Positions 62,479 through 64,000 of a stretch of DNA of 64,000 nt are shown piece by piece (position 1 is the stretch's first letter; the number at the start of each line of letters is the position of its first letter). Source of the DNA: Octopus vulgaris. Its lineage: Eukaryota. A program made the position numbers and the translations under genes. Location of the stretch: contig OX597838.1 of NCBI GenBank assembly GCA_951406725.2, positions 35,092,001 to 35,156,000 of the forward strand, in the 5' to 3' direction. The notes under the pieces are model-generated. The model worked only from the letters and a program-made list of their open reading frames with translations, was not told where the DNA came from and made no database searches.

Positions 62479-62669
62479 AATTGAGATAGGGGTTGTAAAT
62501 GCAACCCTCCATGGGATAACATATATCCAATATACTGCTAGTGAAGTACCCAACAAAGTCAATACATAAATGTTAAGGATTGCGATGCTATCAATTCATT
62601 TACTGTATTATATGGGCAAAGGTAAATGATTTACCACAAATTACTAATACAAGCTCCATTTTCTTATCT

Positions 62670-62671
<2 letters not shown>

Positions 62672-62720
<49 letters not shown>

Positions 62721-62842
62721 ACATGCACATATATATATATATATATGTATGTATGTATACATGCACATATATATATATATATATGTATGTATGTATACAT
62801 GCACATATATATATATATATATGTATGTATGTATACATGCAC

Positions 62843-62874
<32 letters not shown>

Positions 62875-63268
62875 ACATGCACATATATATATATATATAT
62901 ATGTATGTATACATATATATATATATATATATATGTATGTATACATGCACATATATATATATATATATATGTATGTATACATGCACATATATATATATAT
63001 GTATATGTATGTATACATGCACATATATATATATATGTATATGTATGTATACATGCACATATATATATATATATATTATGTATACATGCACATATATATA
63101 TATATGTATGTATACATGCACATATATATATATATATGTATGTATACATATATATATATGTATGTATACATGCACATATATATATATATATGTATGTATA
63201 CATGCACATATATATATATATATGTATGTATACATGCACACATATATATATATATGTATGTATACATG

Positions 63269-63310
<42 letters not shown>
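62672..63310. repeat. Minisatellite tgtatgtatacatgcaca(ta)n, ~20 units
   Basis: Directly visible; source of the long YIYI ORFs at 62580-63479. Confidence 0.95.
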
Positions 63311-63312
<2 letters not shown>

Positions 63313-63788
63313 AACAACTTATAAATAAGGGCAAACTTATTTATAAGTTGTTTATAAATTTAACCTTTAAAGGTATTTTTTTAATGATAACATTTCTTTT
63401 TGGGAAAAAATTTTATCCTATATTAGATATATATATACAAAAGAAATTAGAATGCAAGAAGAAAAGAAAATGGAGATAAGGAAGTTAATAATAAACAGTT
63501 ATTAACTTCCTTATCTCCATTTTCTTTTCTTTTAAATGGCTATAAACAATATGCTTTATATATACCTGTTGTTTTAAGGGAATTTCACTCCTCTGAAATG
63601 CTAGGTATTGAACTAGTATTTCCTTGGATGCAATCATCCCTTCACAAGGTTAACATATCCTCTAATTTATATACATATATATATATAAAAGAGTAGTATA
63701 ATTTCTTACATACTGAAATTAATAGTGCAAAAGAACTGTATCATATAGCTGAATAAATTTATTTTCACTTCTCACACCTGACTTTCTG

Positions 63789-63852
<64 letters not shown>

Positions 63853-64000
63853 GTAGTTGAATGAATTATCCTAGTATGGATAATTCGGTTAACCGATACC
63901 CAGGTAGCAAATTTACGTCAGAAAGCACAGTTGAAGCTACATGCCACGGGCAGAAATCACGTGCTTTCGTGTGGAAATTTGTGTGTTTTTTTACTATAGA

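Overview
This is AT-rich eukaryotic (animal) DNA made almost entirely of interspersed repeats and microsatellites. From memory, the repeat families match coleoid cephalopod (Octopus-type) genomes; this was not checked against a database. No host protein-coding exon could be confidently identified. Almost all long ORFs in the supplied track are translations of simple repeats or SINEs. DNA transposons: two decayed mariner elements, a deleted Tigger/pogo element, TTAA-flanked piggyBac-type MITEs, a multi-hairpin MITE and Helentron-type non-autonomous elements. Retroelements: a nearly intact 3' half of an R4/Dong-clade RLE LINE, many RTE, CR1 and Tx1 LINE fragments, a Penelope-like GIY-YIG element with an inverted terminal arm, a gypsy RT fragment, and more than 30 tRNA-derived SINEs in four families (called A, B, C and E here). 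A probable Pol II promoter and non-coding first exon lie at ~30.64-30.85 kb (+), inside a CpG-retaining domain (~20.6-31.3 kb). The most unusual signals are: (i) three independent tandem arrays of SINE-B sharing one breakpoint; (ii) SINE 3' tails matching LINE 3' ends in the same window, with heads and tails swapped in a modular way; (iii) two insertions whose empty sites survive in local paralogues; and (iv) an RTE 3' UTR that repeatedly gives rise to minisatellites. Nothing here demonstrates a new gene system. The novelty candidates are retroelement mechanisms, and they are inferences.
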